64,000 bases of DNA from Planctomycetota bacterium (GTDB taxonomy: Bacteria > Planctomycetota > B15-G4): the NCBI GenBank assembly GCA_965248575.1, contig CBDFJQ010000002.1, forward strand, positions 480,001-544,000, read 5' to 3'. Below the pieces are notes generated by a model. It saw nothing but the letters and a program-made list of their open reading frames with translations, did not search any database and was not told where the DNA came from. The first letter of the stretch is position 1. Each line of letters begins with the position of its first letter. Positions 10,821 through 20,637 of this stretch are shown piece by piece. The translations under genes were made by a program, and so were the position numbers.

Positions 10821-12341
10821 GTGTCCGTGTCTGAAGCACCTTGCCTGGCTGCCGTGGACCTCGGCTCCAACAGTTTTCACATGGTCATCGCCCGGGTTCA
10901 GGGCGATGTGCCGGTGACCTTGGACCGCCTCCGGGAGCAGGTCCAACTGGCCGCGGGCCTGAACTCGCGCAGCAAACAGGGGCGGCGGATTTCCCCGGAG
11001 GCCTGGGAGCGCTCCATGGCTTGTCTGGAGCGGTTCGGTCAGCGCCTGCGCAACATGGCGCATGTGCGCGTGCGCGCCGTGGGCACGAACACCCTGCGCG
11101 TAGCCAGCAATGGGGCGGAGTTTCGGGCCGAAGCTGAAGAGGCACTGGGCTATCCCATCGAGGTGATCAGCGGCAACGAAGAAGCGCGACTCATCTACTT
11201 GGGTGTTGCCCACACCGTCTCCGACGACTCGGCCAGTCGGCTCGTGGTGGACATCGGCGGGGGGAGCACCGAGTGCATCGTCGGCCAGCGCTTTGAAGCC
11301 CGGGCCACGCATAGCTTCTACATGGGGTGCGTCCAGTTCACGAGCCGCTTCTTCGCTGATGGGAAGATCACGAATCGCCGCATGAGCGACGCCGTACTGA
11401 CGGCGCAGCAGGAGTTGTACGCCTGCGTCCAGGAATACCGTGAGGCAGGCTGGACAGAAGCAGTTGGGGCTTCGGGGACCATCCGGGCGGTGGCGGCCGT
11501 GGCCGCAGCCAATGGCTGGTGCGAGGAAGGGGTGAGCTACAAGGCTGTGAAGCGCCTCCGCAAGGAGCTCGTCGCAGCCGGGAACGCGGAAGCGGTGGCC
11601 ACCCTGCCCGGTATGAAGGCGTCACGCGCCAACATCATCGCGGGCGGGACGGCCATTCTTCAGGCCTGCTTCGAGAGCCTCGAGATCGAGACCATGAGCG
11701 TGGCCAAGGGTGCGCTCAGGGAGGGAGTGCTCTACGACCTGCTGGGACGTCTGCAACACGAAGACGTACGTGAGCGAACGATCGTCACCTTCCAGGAGCG
11801 CTACCACGTGGACCGTGGGCAGGCAGAGCGCGTGGAGCGCACGGCGAGCAAACTGCTACAGATCGTCGCCAAGGATTGGGAGGTCGATGAGGAGAAGGCC
11901 TCCCCCTTCCTGCTCTGGGCGGCTCGCCTGCATGAGATCGGTTTGACCGTCTCCTACAACAGGCACCATCGCCACGGCGCCTACCTCATAGAGAACGCCG
12001 ACATGCCCGGCTTCTCGCGCGATGACCAGCAACTGCTGGCCTTGCTGGTGTCGGCGCATCGGCGGCGCGTGCGTGCCGACCGCTTCGAACAGCTTCGCCA
12101 CAAGGGGCGTCGAATGCTGGCTGCTCAGCTGGTGCTGATCCTGCGCGCCGCCGTGCTTCTGAACCGTGGCCGTTCGGCCGAGGCCTTGCCGCCCTTGGCG
12201 GGGCACGCGCAGCTGGGAACACTCACAATCACGCTGCCTCGCAGCTGGTTGGATGCTCACCCACTGGCGGATGCCGACCTGGCCGGGGAGACGGCGGCCC
12301 TGCAGGAACTGGACATGTCCCTGCAAGTGATCGGCGTCTAG
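10821..12341 (+). CDS. ppx: Exopolyphosphatase, Ppx/GppA family
   Basis: AAVDLGSNSFHM, ISGNEEARLIYLG, DIGGGSTE, GALREG and the C-terminal HD-like AARLHEIG...HHRHGAY. Confidence 0.93.
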   Translation: MSVSEAPCLAAVDLGSNSFHMVIARVQGDVPVTLDRLREQVQLAAGLNSRSKQGRRISPEAWERSMACLERFGQRLRNMAHVRVRAVGTNTLRVASNGAEFRAEAEEALGYPIEVISGNEEARLIYLGVAHTVSDDSASRLVVDIGGGSTECIVGQRFEARATHSFYMGCVQFTSRFFADGKITNRRMSDAVLTAQQELYACVQEYREAGWTEAVGASGTIRAVAAVAAANGWCEEGVSYKAVKRLRKELVAAGNAEAVATLPGMKASRANIIAGGTAILQACFESLEIETMSVAKGALREGVLYDLLGRLQHEDVRERTIVTFQERYHVDRGQAERVERTASKLLQIVAKDWEVDEEKASPFLLWAARLHEIGLTVSYNRHHRHGAYLIENADMPGFSRDDQQLLALLVSAHRRRVRADRFEQLRHKGRRMLAAQLVLILRAAVLLNRGRSAEALPPLAGHAQLGTLTITLPRSWLDAHPLADADLAGETAALQELDMSLQVIGV

Positions 12342-12360
12342 GCTGCCCCGATAGCCCGCC

Positions 12361-13182
12361 TCAACGCGCGTCTTGCGGGCGCCGAAACACGACCATGTAG
12401 TTTTCGCTGAGGCCTTCGACTGTGCGGGTTCCCGCGTCTTCGAAGCCGGAGGCCAGCACTTCCTGGACCGTGGCTTCGCGGCCCAGGCGCACGTGCTCCA
12501 GGATCCATTCCCGCGTGACGCCCGGGATGCGTTCGAAGTCCACGATCACCAGGGCTCCCCCGGGGCGCAGGGCCTTGTAGAGCGAGGCCAGGGTGGAGCT
12601 GGGGTACTCGAAGTGGTGATAGGTGTCGCAGACGAAGGCCAGGTCGAGACTGCGCGCAGGGAGGTTTACCGAGTCTTCGGCGCAGAGGATCGGGCGCACC
12701 TGGGACCAGCCGGCCGCATCGGCGCGTTGCGCCAGGTGTTGGATGAAGCCTGGGGAGATGTCGACGGCATAGACGGTGCCGGTGGGGCCGACGGCGTTGA
12801 CGAACGCATCCAGGAAGAGCCCTGTGCCCGCACCGACGTCGGCGATGTCCGCTCCGGAGCCAAGCCCTGCCGAGCGGATGAGTTCCGCGACAATCGAGGC
12901 CCGGTGCTTCGCGATCTCGCGGCTCTCACCTTCGAAGGTCTTGACGAAGGATTCGACGTCGAGCTCTGGATCGAGGAAGCGCGTGTTGGCCCCAGGGCGA
13001 ACGCTCGATTCGGGCTGTGCTGCGACGGCCTGGTTTCGGTCCGTGTCCGCTGGCGCGTCGTCCAGCGTCGAGGCCGCGCTGCAGGCACCCAGCAGAGCCA
13101 GGAGTACGAGCGCGGTGCATGTGCGGTCGGCGGCGCTGTTGAGACGGGGAAGAAGGGGCTGGCGGTGCACGGCGGGCTCCAT
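12361..13182 (-). CDS. Class I SAM-dependent methyltransferase with lipoprotein signal
   Basis: IADVGAGTG, VYAVDIS and DTYHHFE...LRPGG; lipobox LLGAC. Start uncertain. Confidence 0.85.
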   Translation of the reverse strand: MEPAVHRQPLLPRLNSAADRTCTALVLLALLGACSAASTLDDAPADTDRNQAVAAQPESSVRPGANTRFLDPELDVESFVKTFEGESREIAKHRASIVAELIRSAGLGSGADIADVGAGTGLFLDAFVNAVGPTGTVYAVDISPGFIQHLAQRADAAGWSQVRPILCAEDSVNLPARSLDLAFVCDTYHHFEYPSSTLASLYKALRPGGALVIVDFERIPGVTREWILEHVRLGREATVQEVLASGFEDAGTRTVEGLSENYMVVFRRPQDAR

Positions 13183-13210
13183 GGGAAGCCCGACATTCTA
13201 GCGGTCGACC

Positions 13211-15160
13211 TCAGAGGATGCGCAAGACCTCGGCAATGCTGGGCAGTTGGGCCAGGTAGTTGTTGTGGGCCTTGAGGCGCTCGTTGAAGGGCAGCGCGCT
13301 GCGCTCTCCCAGAAGGCCCAGGGCCACGCAGGCAAAGGCCCGCGAGGCGGCTCGACCGGCCTGGTCGGCTGCCATCTCGAGCAGTGGATCGACGGCGGTC
13401 TGGTCACCGATCAGGCCCAGAGCGCTGGCGGCGCTGGCGAGTCCCCCCAGGCTACCGGCCTCATCAAGGGTCTGCATGAGCACCGGTACGGCCTGGCGAT
13501 CACCCATGAGGCCCAGGCTCGTGGCGGTCTTGAGCCGGAAGCTGGGGGAGATCGACCTGTCCGCACAGAGTTTCAGCAGTTCCAGGGAGGCTTCCCGATG
13601 GCGCAGCAGGCCCAGGGCCTCGCCGGCATAGCCCTGGAAGTCCTCTTGATGGGAGCGACTGAATTCCTCGTGGATCAGGGTGCGTGAGGACTGGTCGTCC
13701 AGGAGGGCGAGGGAGATGGCGAAGGCGCCGCGGAAGGAGGGGTCCCGTTCGCGCTGAAAGCCCTCGCGAATCGCCTCGATGATCTTCGGGGTCGCCGTGT
13801 GCATCTCCCGCCCGTAGATCGCTGCAGCGAGGGCTGACCAGGAGCGATGGGAGTGGCTGCTGGCTTTGGTACCCATCTCCCGCAGCAGGGTCTTGAGCAG
13901 GCTGGCGTGCCCTGGCAAGTGCTGGCTGGGGTCGAGGTCGCGGCCTCCGATCTGGGCCAGGGAGATCAGCGCGAAGTGTCGCGTCTGCTGGTCTCGGCCG
14001 CCGGAGATGTAGCCGGTCAGGGCGTCCAGGACGGACACGTCGCCCATCCGGCTCAGTTGCCCCAAGCCGATGGCCGCCGATTGGCGGACCACGTTCTCCG
14101 TGTGGTCATCCTTGAAGCAGGCCAGGAGCGGGGCGATGGACGACGCGCTGCCCATCTTGCCGAGCGTGGTGGGGATGTAGCTGCGGATGTGCGGGTCGAG
14201 CTCAGCCTTCTCGAGCACGCTGCCGAGAAAGCTCTCGGCGGTGCTCGCCAAGGCATTGCTGCGGGGTAGGAGCCCGAGGGCAGCGATGGCGCTGGCCTTC
14301 ACATCTCGTTCGCTGTCGGGCAGGGTGTCGATGGTGCTCATCAGTGTGCGCACGGAACGCGCATCGCCGATCAAACCCAGGGCGAGGCACGCGAAGGAGC
14401 GCACGAGCCAGGGCACATTGCCACCCCCGACAGCAGCGCGTCCCGCGGAGTCATCCGCAACGAGACCCGTCAGCAGGGGCCACGCCTGGGTGGCATGCAG
14501 GACCCCCAGACTGAGAGCGGCGGAGGATTGCACTGACAGCTCGCGGTGGGCCAGCAGGCTGACCGCCGCCTCATAGGCGGCGTCATGGGTCAGGGGGGAG
14601 GCGCTCCGTCCCATGGCCAGGACCGTGGAATCCAGAATGTCCCGATCATCTGCTGTCTTCGAGACCTGTTCGAGTGCGGGGATGATGCGCTGGTCGATCA
14701 TGGTCTGGTCGGGGCGTTCCGAGCTGACGGCAGCGCGACCACCTCGTGCTGTCAGTCGTCCCGGGGAGCCCGGCTGAGAGACGGTCCGGCCCACGCGTTC
14801 CTTGAGCGTGATGTACCGGTCCCGGTTGCTCTCCCACCAGAACTCCCACCCGTCGTAGCCCATGCTGACGGCAGCGCTGGCGCTGCTGCGGGATCTGCCA
14901 CCACGAGCGGAACCCGAGCCGCGGGAGGGGGCGCCCGTGCTGCCGGAGCTGGGCGCGCCCGCACCGGGCCCGCCGCCCCCGAGCGAGGCGCCACCGCCAC
15001 CGCTGCTTGGGGCGCCCTTGGGGGCCGCCCCTCCGCCACCCCCTGCATTCGAGGGCCCCTTGTACTGGCCACCGTGCGCCGCCGCCGTTTCAGCGAGGCC
15101 TGCGAGCATGAAGCCCACGAGCAAGGCGGTCAGGGATAGGGTGTGCTGTACGTGCTTCAA
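13211..15160 (-). CDS. Secreted HEAT-repeat protein with Gly/Ser-rich N-terminal linker
   Basis: TTG at 15160 after GGAGAG; signal peptide ends AAA; repeated 'vR.sAalaLGllgd' units. Confidence 0.8.
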   Translation of the reverse strand: MKHVQHTLSLTALLVGFMLAGLAETAAAHGGQYKGPSNAGGGGGAAPKGAPSSGGGGASLGGGGPGAGAPSSGSTGAPSRGSGSARGGRSRSSASAAVSMGYDGWEFWWESNRDRYITLKERVGRTVSQPGSPGRLTARGGRAAVSSERPDQTMIDQRIIPALEQVSKTADDRDILDSTVLAMGRSASPLTHDAAYEAAVSLLAHRELSVQSSAALSLGVLHATQAWPLLTGLVADDSAGRAAVGGGNVPWLVRSFACLALGLIGDARSVRTLMSTIDTLPDSERDVKASAIAALGLLPRSNALASTAESFLGSVLEKAELDPHIRSYIPTTLGKMGSASSIAPLLACFKDDHTENVVRQSAAIGLGQLSRMGDVSVLDALTGYISGGRDQQTRHFALISLAQIGGRDLDPSQHLPGHASLLKTLLREMGTKASSHSHRSWSALAAAIYGREMHTATPKIIEAIREGFQRERDPSFRGAFAISLALLDDQSSRTLIHEEFSRSHQEDFQGYAGEALGLLRHREASLELLKLCADRSISPSFRLKTATSLGLMGDRQAVPVLMQTLDEAGSLGGLASAASALGLIGDQTAVDPLLEMAADQAGRAASRAFACVALGLLGERSALPFNERLKAHNNYLAQLPSIAEVLRIL

Positions 15161-15367
15161 GGCTTCTCTCCGGGCTGTGCCTTGATCAACGGCACGAGCG
15201 GGCGGAGCGGACGGACCTGGGAACCCTTTCCCGGGAGGGGGCTCCCAGCGCGCCATCCGCCTGCCGAATGCTTGGAACGATCAAGTCGGAAGCGATGGGC
15301 GACCGACAGGGTCGGTGGTGCACGGCCTGCGGGCTCCTGCCTCCTGTTCTCGACGGAAAGCAAGCCC

Positions 15368-15859
15368 ATGACATCTTCGCCAGCCCAAGCGCGCCACTCC
15401 CAGCGCGCGTTCACCTTGATCGAGCTGCTGATCGTGGTGGTGATCCTCGGCATGTTGGCGGCCATCGTGGTTCCGGCCTCGGTCGAGGTCGCAACCGAAA
15501 GCGAGCACTCGGCCTTCGCCACCGAGTTACGCATCTTCGTGGATGCCGCGGCGATCTACGAAGCGCGCACTCAACGCGATCTCGAAGACAGCTCCTCAGG
15601 TGCGGTGCCGAGCGGCTTCGAGGTCTATATCAATGCGAAGGGTTGGCTGGACGGCACGCCCATCGGTGGCGTGTGGGACGCCGAACAGAACTCCTTCGGC
15701 GTGAAGTCCGCCCTCGGAGTGCACTTCCTGAATGGCGAGGCCAAGGACGACGGCTACATGGGGCAGCTGGATGCCCTGATTGACGACGGCAACTTGTCCT
15801 CCGGTGGTTTCCGGAAGCTCGCCGACGATCGCTTCTACTACATCCTGAAGCAGAGCTGA
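15368..15859 (+). CDS. Prepilin-type N-terminal cleavage/methylation domain protein (pseudopilin-like)
   Basis: RA|FTLIELLIVVVILGMLAAIVVP type IV pilin signal. Confidence 0.9.
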   Translation: MTSSPAQARHSQRAFTLIELLIVVVILGMLAAIVVPASVEVATESEHSAFATELRIFVDAAAIYEARTQRDLEDSSSGAVPSGFEVYINAKGWLDGTPIGGVWDAEQNSFGVKSALGVHFLNGEAKDDGYMGQLDALIDDGNLSSGGFRKLADDRFYYILKQS

Positions 15860-15861
15860 GG

Positions 15862-16938
15862 TCAGATCGCGGCGCTTCCGCCAGCGAGGTTCTCAGGTGA
15901 GGCCGGCTTCCGTTCCCGCTTGGGAAGCAGGTCCTTCATGCGATCTATGACGACCTGGGTGTAGTCCCGGGTGCCGAGCTTGCCGCGCAGGTCAGCGGTG
16001 CACTCGCCGTCGCGGATAGCGCTGAGCATGGCGAGCCGCAGGGCGTGCCCGAGGTCGTAGCGGTCGATGTGGTCCAGCAGCATGCCGAAGGACAGCAGCA
16101 CTGCCGTCGGGTTGGCCTTGTCCTGACCCGCGATGTCAGGGGCGGTGCCCCCGGCGGGGTCGAACATCGCGATCTCCACCTCACGCTTGGCGTTGAAGGA
16201 GTAGTTGCCGCTGGCGCCGGTGCCGAGGCTGCCCACAAGACCGGAAGCCATGTCCGAGAGGAAGTCGCCGTATTCATTGAGGACCAGCACGACCTGGTAG
16301 TCCGCGGGCTGCAGCAGGATCTTGGCGAGCAACGCGTCGAACAGCTCCTGCTTGTGCAGGATGTCCGTGTAGTGGCGGTGCATGTCCCCGACGATGGTCT
16401 CGAACAGGCCATCGGTCACCTTCTGGATGGTGTGCTTTGAGGACGAGGTGACGTGCATCTTCTTCTTGCGCGCCAGCTCGAAGGCGAAGGCCGCTGCCTG
16501 CTCGCAAGGCTCCCGTTCGACCATGCGCAGGGAGACGGCGGCATCCCGGCCGATGAGCCGGCCGGGGTCGTCGTAGGTCCCGCCGGTGGCCACGCGCACG
16601 ATGTGCAGGTCGATGGGCTCCGTGAAGAAGCTGCTGATCCCGGGGATGGAGATGGCGGGACGATAGATGACACTGAATCCGCAGCGACGCCGGATCAGGG
16701 CGTTGGGGCTACGGGTGCCCGTCACCGTGGGGTATTTCAGGACGAGCTGGGTCTCGCGCATGGAGTCCTCAGCCTGGTCGATGGCGACGCCGCCCTGGCG
16801 CTCCCGGGTCTCCAGGGACCAATCCACCGGCCGGAAATCAAAATCCAGCGGAAGTGCATCTGCGACCGCGTGGACGGCCTTCTCCAGCTCAGGGCCAATG
16901 CCGTCGCCCTGCAGCTCGGTGATGGGAATGGAAGTCAT
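15862..16938 (-). CDS. Isocitrate/isopropylmalate dehydrogenase family protein
   Basis: GDGIGPE, NEYGDFLSD, GTAPDIAGQDKANP, TADLRG. Confidence 0.88.
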   Translation of the reverse strand: MTSIPITELQGDGIGPELEKAVHAVADALPLDFDFRPVDWSLETRERQGGVAIDQAEDSMRETQLVLKYPTVTGTRSPNALIRRRCGFSVIYRPAISIPGISSFFTEPIDLHIVRVATGGTYDDPGRLIGRDAAVSLRMVEREPCEQAAAFAFELARKKKMHVTSSSKHTIQKVTDGLFETIVGDMHRHYTDILHKQELFDALLAKILLQPADYQVVLVLNEYGDFLSDMASGLVGSLGTGASGNYSFNAKREVEIAMFDPAGGTAPDIAGQDKANPTAVLLSFGMLLDHIDRYDLGHALRLAMLSAIRDGECTADLRGKLGTRDYTQVVIDRMKDLLPKRERKPASPENLAGGSAAI

Positions 16939-17126
16939 AGTGGAGTCCGAGATCGCTTCGGGGCCGCGCGCTGGCATCCTTCGCCAGGGTTTCGTTTTCA
17001 TCCGCGAGGTGCGATCCGGCATTGTCGCCCCCAGTTGGGCATTCATGCAAGCTGAGCCCTGGCGCTTGATGCCCCGGCGCCGGGTTTCTCAAGATCAGGA
17101 CCCGTTGTGACTGCTTCGGATAGCTG

Positions 17127-18179
17127 ATGACGCACGAGACACCCCTTCCTGCGGACTGGCCTCGCTGGTCCACGGACCAGCTGCTGGACGCCCGCTTGTG
17201 CGACCTGGCGCCCCTTGTGGACCTAGGGAAGGGGGCCCCGCAGGAGCAGGCCTGGATCCAGGATGGTCTGGAGGGCCTGAAGTCCGACCTGGAGCGCCGT
17301 GGTCTCCGGTTCCGGCCTCACGTCTGGTTCTCGTCGGAGTGGTTCTCGCCGTCCGGGGTGCCCGGGATCGCCATCCCGTTCTACCTGGCTCACCCACGCC
17401 TGATGCGCCTGGAGCGCAAGCTCATGTTGGAGGTGGAGGGGGGCACCCGCCGCGAGTTCCGACGCATCCTCCGACACGAGTGCGGACACGCCATCCAGTC
17501 CGCCTACCGTCTCAACCGGCGCAAGCGTTGGCACGAGCTCTTCGGGAAGTCGTCGGAGAAGTACCCGGACAGCTATCGCCCGGACCCCGCCAGCAGGCAG
17601 TACGTGCAGCACTTGCCGATGTACTACGCCCAAAGCCATCCGGATGAGGACTTCGCAGAGACCTTCGCCGTGTGGCTGGGGCCGCGCCACCATTGGCGTC
17701 GTCGCTACGCGGGCTGGCCGTCGTTGCGCAAGCTGGAGTATGTGGACGAACTCATGGAAGGGGTGCGCCACGCACCCGCACCGGTGCGCACCCGCCGCAA
17801 GGTCGACCCCTTGTCCAGTCTCAAGACCAGCCTGAGGGAACACTACGCCTTGCGCCTCGAGCGCACTCAACCCGGAGTACCCGATGTCTACGACCAGGAC
17901 CTGCGCCGCCTGTTTGCCGCCGAGCGGACAGCGGATTCCGAACCTGCCGGGCGCTTCCTTCGTCGCAACCGGACGTTGATCAGGCAACTCGTCTCGCGTT
18001 GGACCGGCCAGTATCAGTTCACGCTGGAGCACGTGCTGGAGGACATGATCCGCAGGTGTCGCGAGCTGAAGTTGTACGCAGCCGGAGACGAGGCCGACTT
18101 GCGCATGCAGTTCGCCGTGTTGTTGACAGTCCAGACCATGCATTCGCTCTTCAATCGCCGAGACTGGATCAGCATGTGA
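17127..18179 (+). CDS. Putative zinc-binding metallopeptidase
   Basis: ILRHECGHA (HExxH) and YAQSHPDEDFAETFAVWL. Confidence 0.85.
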   Translation: MTHETPLPADWPRWSTDQLLDARLCDLAPLVDLGKGAPQEQAWIQDGLEGLKSDLERRGLRFRPHVWFSSEWFSPSGVPGIAIPFYLAHPRLMRLERKLMLEVEGGTRREFRRILRHECGHAIQSAYRLNRRKRWHELFGKSSEKYPDSYRPDPASRQYVQHLPMYYAQSHPDEDFAETFAVWLGPRHHWRRRYAGWPSLRKLEYVDELMEGVRHAPAPVRTRRKVDPLSSLKTSLREHYALRLERTQPGVPDVYDQDLRRLFAAERTADSEPAGRFLRRNRTLIRQLVSRWTGQYQFTLEHVLEDMIRRCRELKLYAAGDEADLRMQFAVLLTVQTMHSLFNRRDWISM

Positions 18180-19192
18180 TGAGAAGCCTACGCGTCCTCC
18201 ACCTCACACACCCGTCCCTGATTCCACCCGAGGACGAGTCCACGCTGGACGAGAAGCAGGTCAACCTGATGAAGACGGACCTGGATGTGATCCGGGCGCT
18301 CCGTGAGCTGGGGCATCAGGTGCGTTCTGAAGGCGTCGAGGATGAGTTGCGCCCGATTCGTTCGGCTGTACGCACGTTCAGGCCGCACGTTGTGTTCAAT
18401 TTGGTGGAGGGCTTCGCCGGGCTCCCCGAGCTGGACAGCCACGTCGTCAGCTACCTCGAGCTGCTCGGCATTCCGTACACAGGCTGCAATCCTCGCGGGC
18501 TGATGCTGGCGCGAGGCAAGGCACTCAGCAAGAAGCTGTTGCACTATCACCGCATTCGCACCCCCGCCTTTCGGGTGTTTCGTCGTGGCAGGCGCGTTCA
18601 GCGCCCCAAGGGCTTCGAACTCCCGTTGATCGTCAAGAGCCTGGTGGAGGAGTCGTCCATCGGCATCAGTCAGGCGTCGCTTGTCGACAACGACGAGAAA
18701 CTCGCCGAGCGTGTGCGTTTCGTGCACGAGAGCATCGGCACCGACGCCATCGCCGAGCAGTTCATCGAGGGGCGCGAGCTCTACCAAGGGCTCATGGGGA
18801 ACCGGCGGCTGGAGGTCTTGCCACCCTGGGAGCTGCACTTCGGTGACCTGCCGCCGGGCAGCGCGACCATCGCCACGGAGAAGGTGAAGCACGACATCGA
18901 GTATCAGAGGCGGCGCGGGATCGAACACTCTTCTGCGGAGGAGCTGACTCCTGAGCAGGAGGCCGCGATGAGCAAGGTCAGCAAACGCATCTACCGTATC
19001 CTGGGGCTGGACGGGTATGCGCGCATCGACTACAGGCTCGCGCTGGACGGCAAGCTGTACTTCCTCGAAGCGAACCCGAACCCGGAGATCGCGCAATCGG
19101 AAGAGTTCGCATCCGCCGCGGAAATGGCGGGCATGACCTACCCGGCCATGATCCAACGCGTGCTGAACCTGGCCCTCGCCCGCACGCGCTGA
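18179..19192 (+). CDS. Ddl-like ATP-grasp ligase
   Basis: VFNLVEG, LELLGIPYTG, PLIVKS...SSIGI, EQFIEGRE, ARIDYR, FLEANPNP. TGATG overlap with the peptidase gene. Confidence 0.88.
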   Translation: MRSLRVLHLTHPSLIPPEDESTLDEKQVNLMKTDLDVIRALRELGHQVRSEGVEDELRPIRSAVRTFRPHVVFNLVEGFAGLPELDSHVVSYLELLGIPYTGCNPRGLMLARGKALSKKLLHYHRIRTPAFRVFRRGRRVQRPKGFELPLIVKSLVEESSIGISQASLVDNDEKLAERVRFVHESIGTDAIAEQFIEGRELYQGLMGNRRLEVLPPWELHFGDLPPGSATIATEKVKHDIEYQRRRGIEHSSAEELTPEQEAAMSKVSKRIYRILGLDGYARIDYRLALDGKLYFLEANPNPEIAQSEEFASAAEMAGMTYPAMIQRVLNLALARTR

Positions 19193-19227
19193 GCGGCCAA
19201 GGAACCGGCCAAGGCACCGGCGAGGCG

Positions 19228-20637
19228 CTACGCTGCGGTCTGCGTGCGTGGGAAGCTCACGTGAAAGCGTGCGCCGCCCTGGGATCGGTTGGAGAAACTC
19301 AGCTGTCCACGGTGCTCGTCCACGACGGTCTTGCAGATGGCCAGCCCCAGGCCGTAGCCAGAACGACGCCCCACGCGTGGCATGCCTGAGACAAAGGCAT
19401 CGAACATGCGAGAGGCCATTTCCTCGGGGATGCCGGGCCCTTCATCGAGCACTTCGACATCCACCGAGTCCGGGCTTCCGGTGATGTTGACGCGAACCGT
19501 TCCGCCCTTGGGAGTCCACTGAATCGCGTTGCTGGCGAGGTTGCGGACGACGCGCAAGCACGCCTCCCTGTCGGCCTCCAACACCGTGTCGCCGTCCTGG
19601 CCCAGCACCACGCTGATCCCGCTGCGCTCGGCACTGACGCGTTCCCGCTCCAAGCGCAGCCGAGACTCGAGGGCGAGGTCGAAGGAATGGTAGGCGGCCG
19701 CCTGCCCGCTCAGGGAAGCCGAGCGACACAGCGCGACCATGTTGTCCACCGAGTCTGACAGGGAATGGAGGTCGTCCAGGTTGCTGTTGAGCGCTTGCTC
19801 ATACTCTCCCGGCGAGCGCTTGGACAGCAGGGCCACCTCGGTCCGGCCAATGAGGCTCTGAAGCGGTGACCGCAGTTCGTGGGCAAGGCCAGCCGTGAAG
19901 GTGCGCATGTTGTCCATGCCGCTGTCCACGCGTTGAATCATGGACTCGAGCGCCACGCCCACATCCCGGACCTCTTGGGGCGCACCGTCGAGCTGGAGGC
20001 TCAGCCCACCGGTGGGGAACTCCACGTGACTGGCACCACGCACCACCTCTCTCAACCCGCGCAGTCCGCGGCGTACGACGATCCACCCCGCCAGGCCAGC
20101 CAGGACGACGGTCACTGCAAAGGCGATCGCTGCCGAGATGAGGTACTCACCGAGGGCGTCGACATAGGAGCGAACGTCCGCAAGGACCTGGAGTTCATAA
20201 CCGTGCTTCTTGTCCACGACCGTCATGCTGGACGATTGGGTTCCGAACAAGACGTCCCGCCAGCCGGCCGAGAGCGGGCGGGACAGCGCGAGCAAGCGTC
20301 CGTCCCCCGTGACGTAGATGGGGCTACCCGAGCCGTTGCTGATCCGGAAGGCGCAGGGGGGCTCGTGGGAGACCGCAGCGATGTCATCGGCGGCCTCCCT
20401 GATCTGATCCCGGGAGCCATCGGTCTGTTCGATGGCGTGGGAGAACTCAAGGGTCTCGTGATCGAGGAATGCCTGGATGGCATCCATCTTGGTGGAGTAC
20501 ATGAAGTGCGCCGACCAGGCTGAGTCGAGCGCCAGCAGAGCGCTCGTGGTGGCTGCGAAAATCAGCGTCATGCGGCCGGTGAGAGACCACGCCTTCTGCG
20601 CCCTGCTCTTCGGATCAGCTGCGGTCTTCGATGGCAT
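19228..20637 (-). CDS. Sensor histidine kinase (CusS/QseC-like)
   Basis: Two TMs, HAMP, LAHELRSPL, NLASNA, DEGPGI, GYGLGLAI. Confidence 0.9.
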   Translation of the reverse strand: MPSKTAADPKSRAQKAWSLTGRMTLIFAATTSALLALDSAWSAHFMYSTKMDAIQAFLDHETLEFSHAIEQTDGSRDQIREAADDIAAVSHEPPCAFRISNGSGSPIYVTGDGRLLALSRPLSAGWRDVLFGTQSSSMTVVDKKHGYELQVLADVRSYVDALGEYLISAAIAFAVTVVLAGLAGWIVVRRGLRGLREVVRGASHVEFPTGGLSLQLDGAPQEVRDVGVALESMIQRVDSGMDNMRTFTAGLAHELRSPLQSLIGRTEVALLSKRSPGEYEQALNSNLDDLHSLSDSVDNMVALCRSASLSGQAAAYHSFDLALESRLRLERERVSAERSGISVVLGQDGDTVLEADREACLRVVRNLASNAIQWTPKGGTVRVNITGSPDSVDVEVLDEGPGIPEEMASRMFDAFVSGMPRVGRRSGYGLGLAICKTVVDEHRGQLSFSNRSQGGARFHVSFPRTQTAA

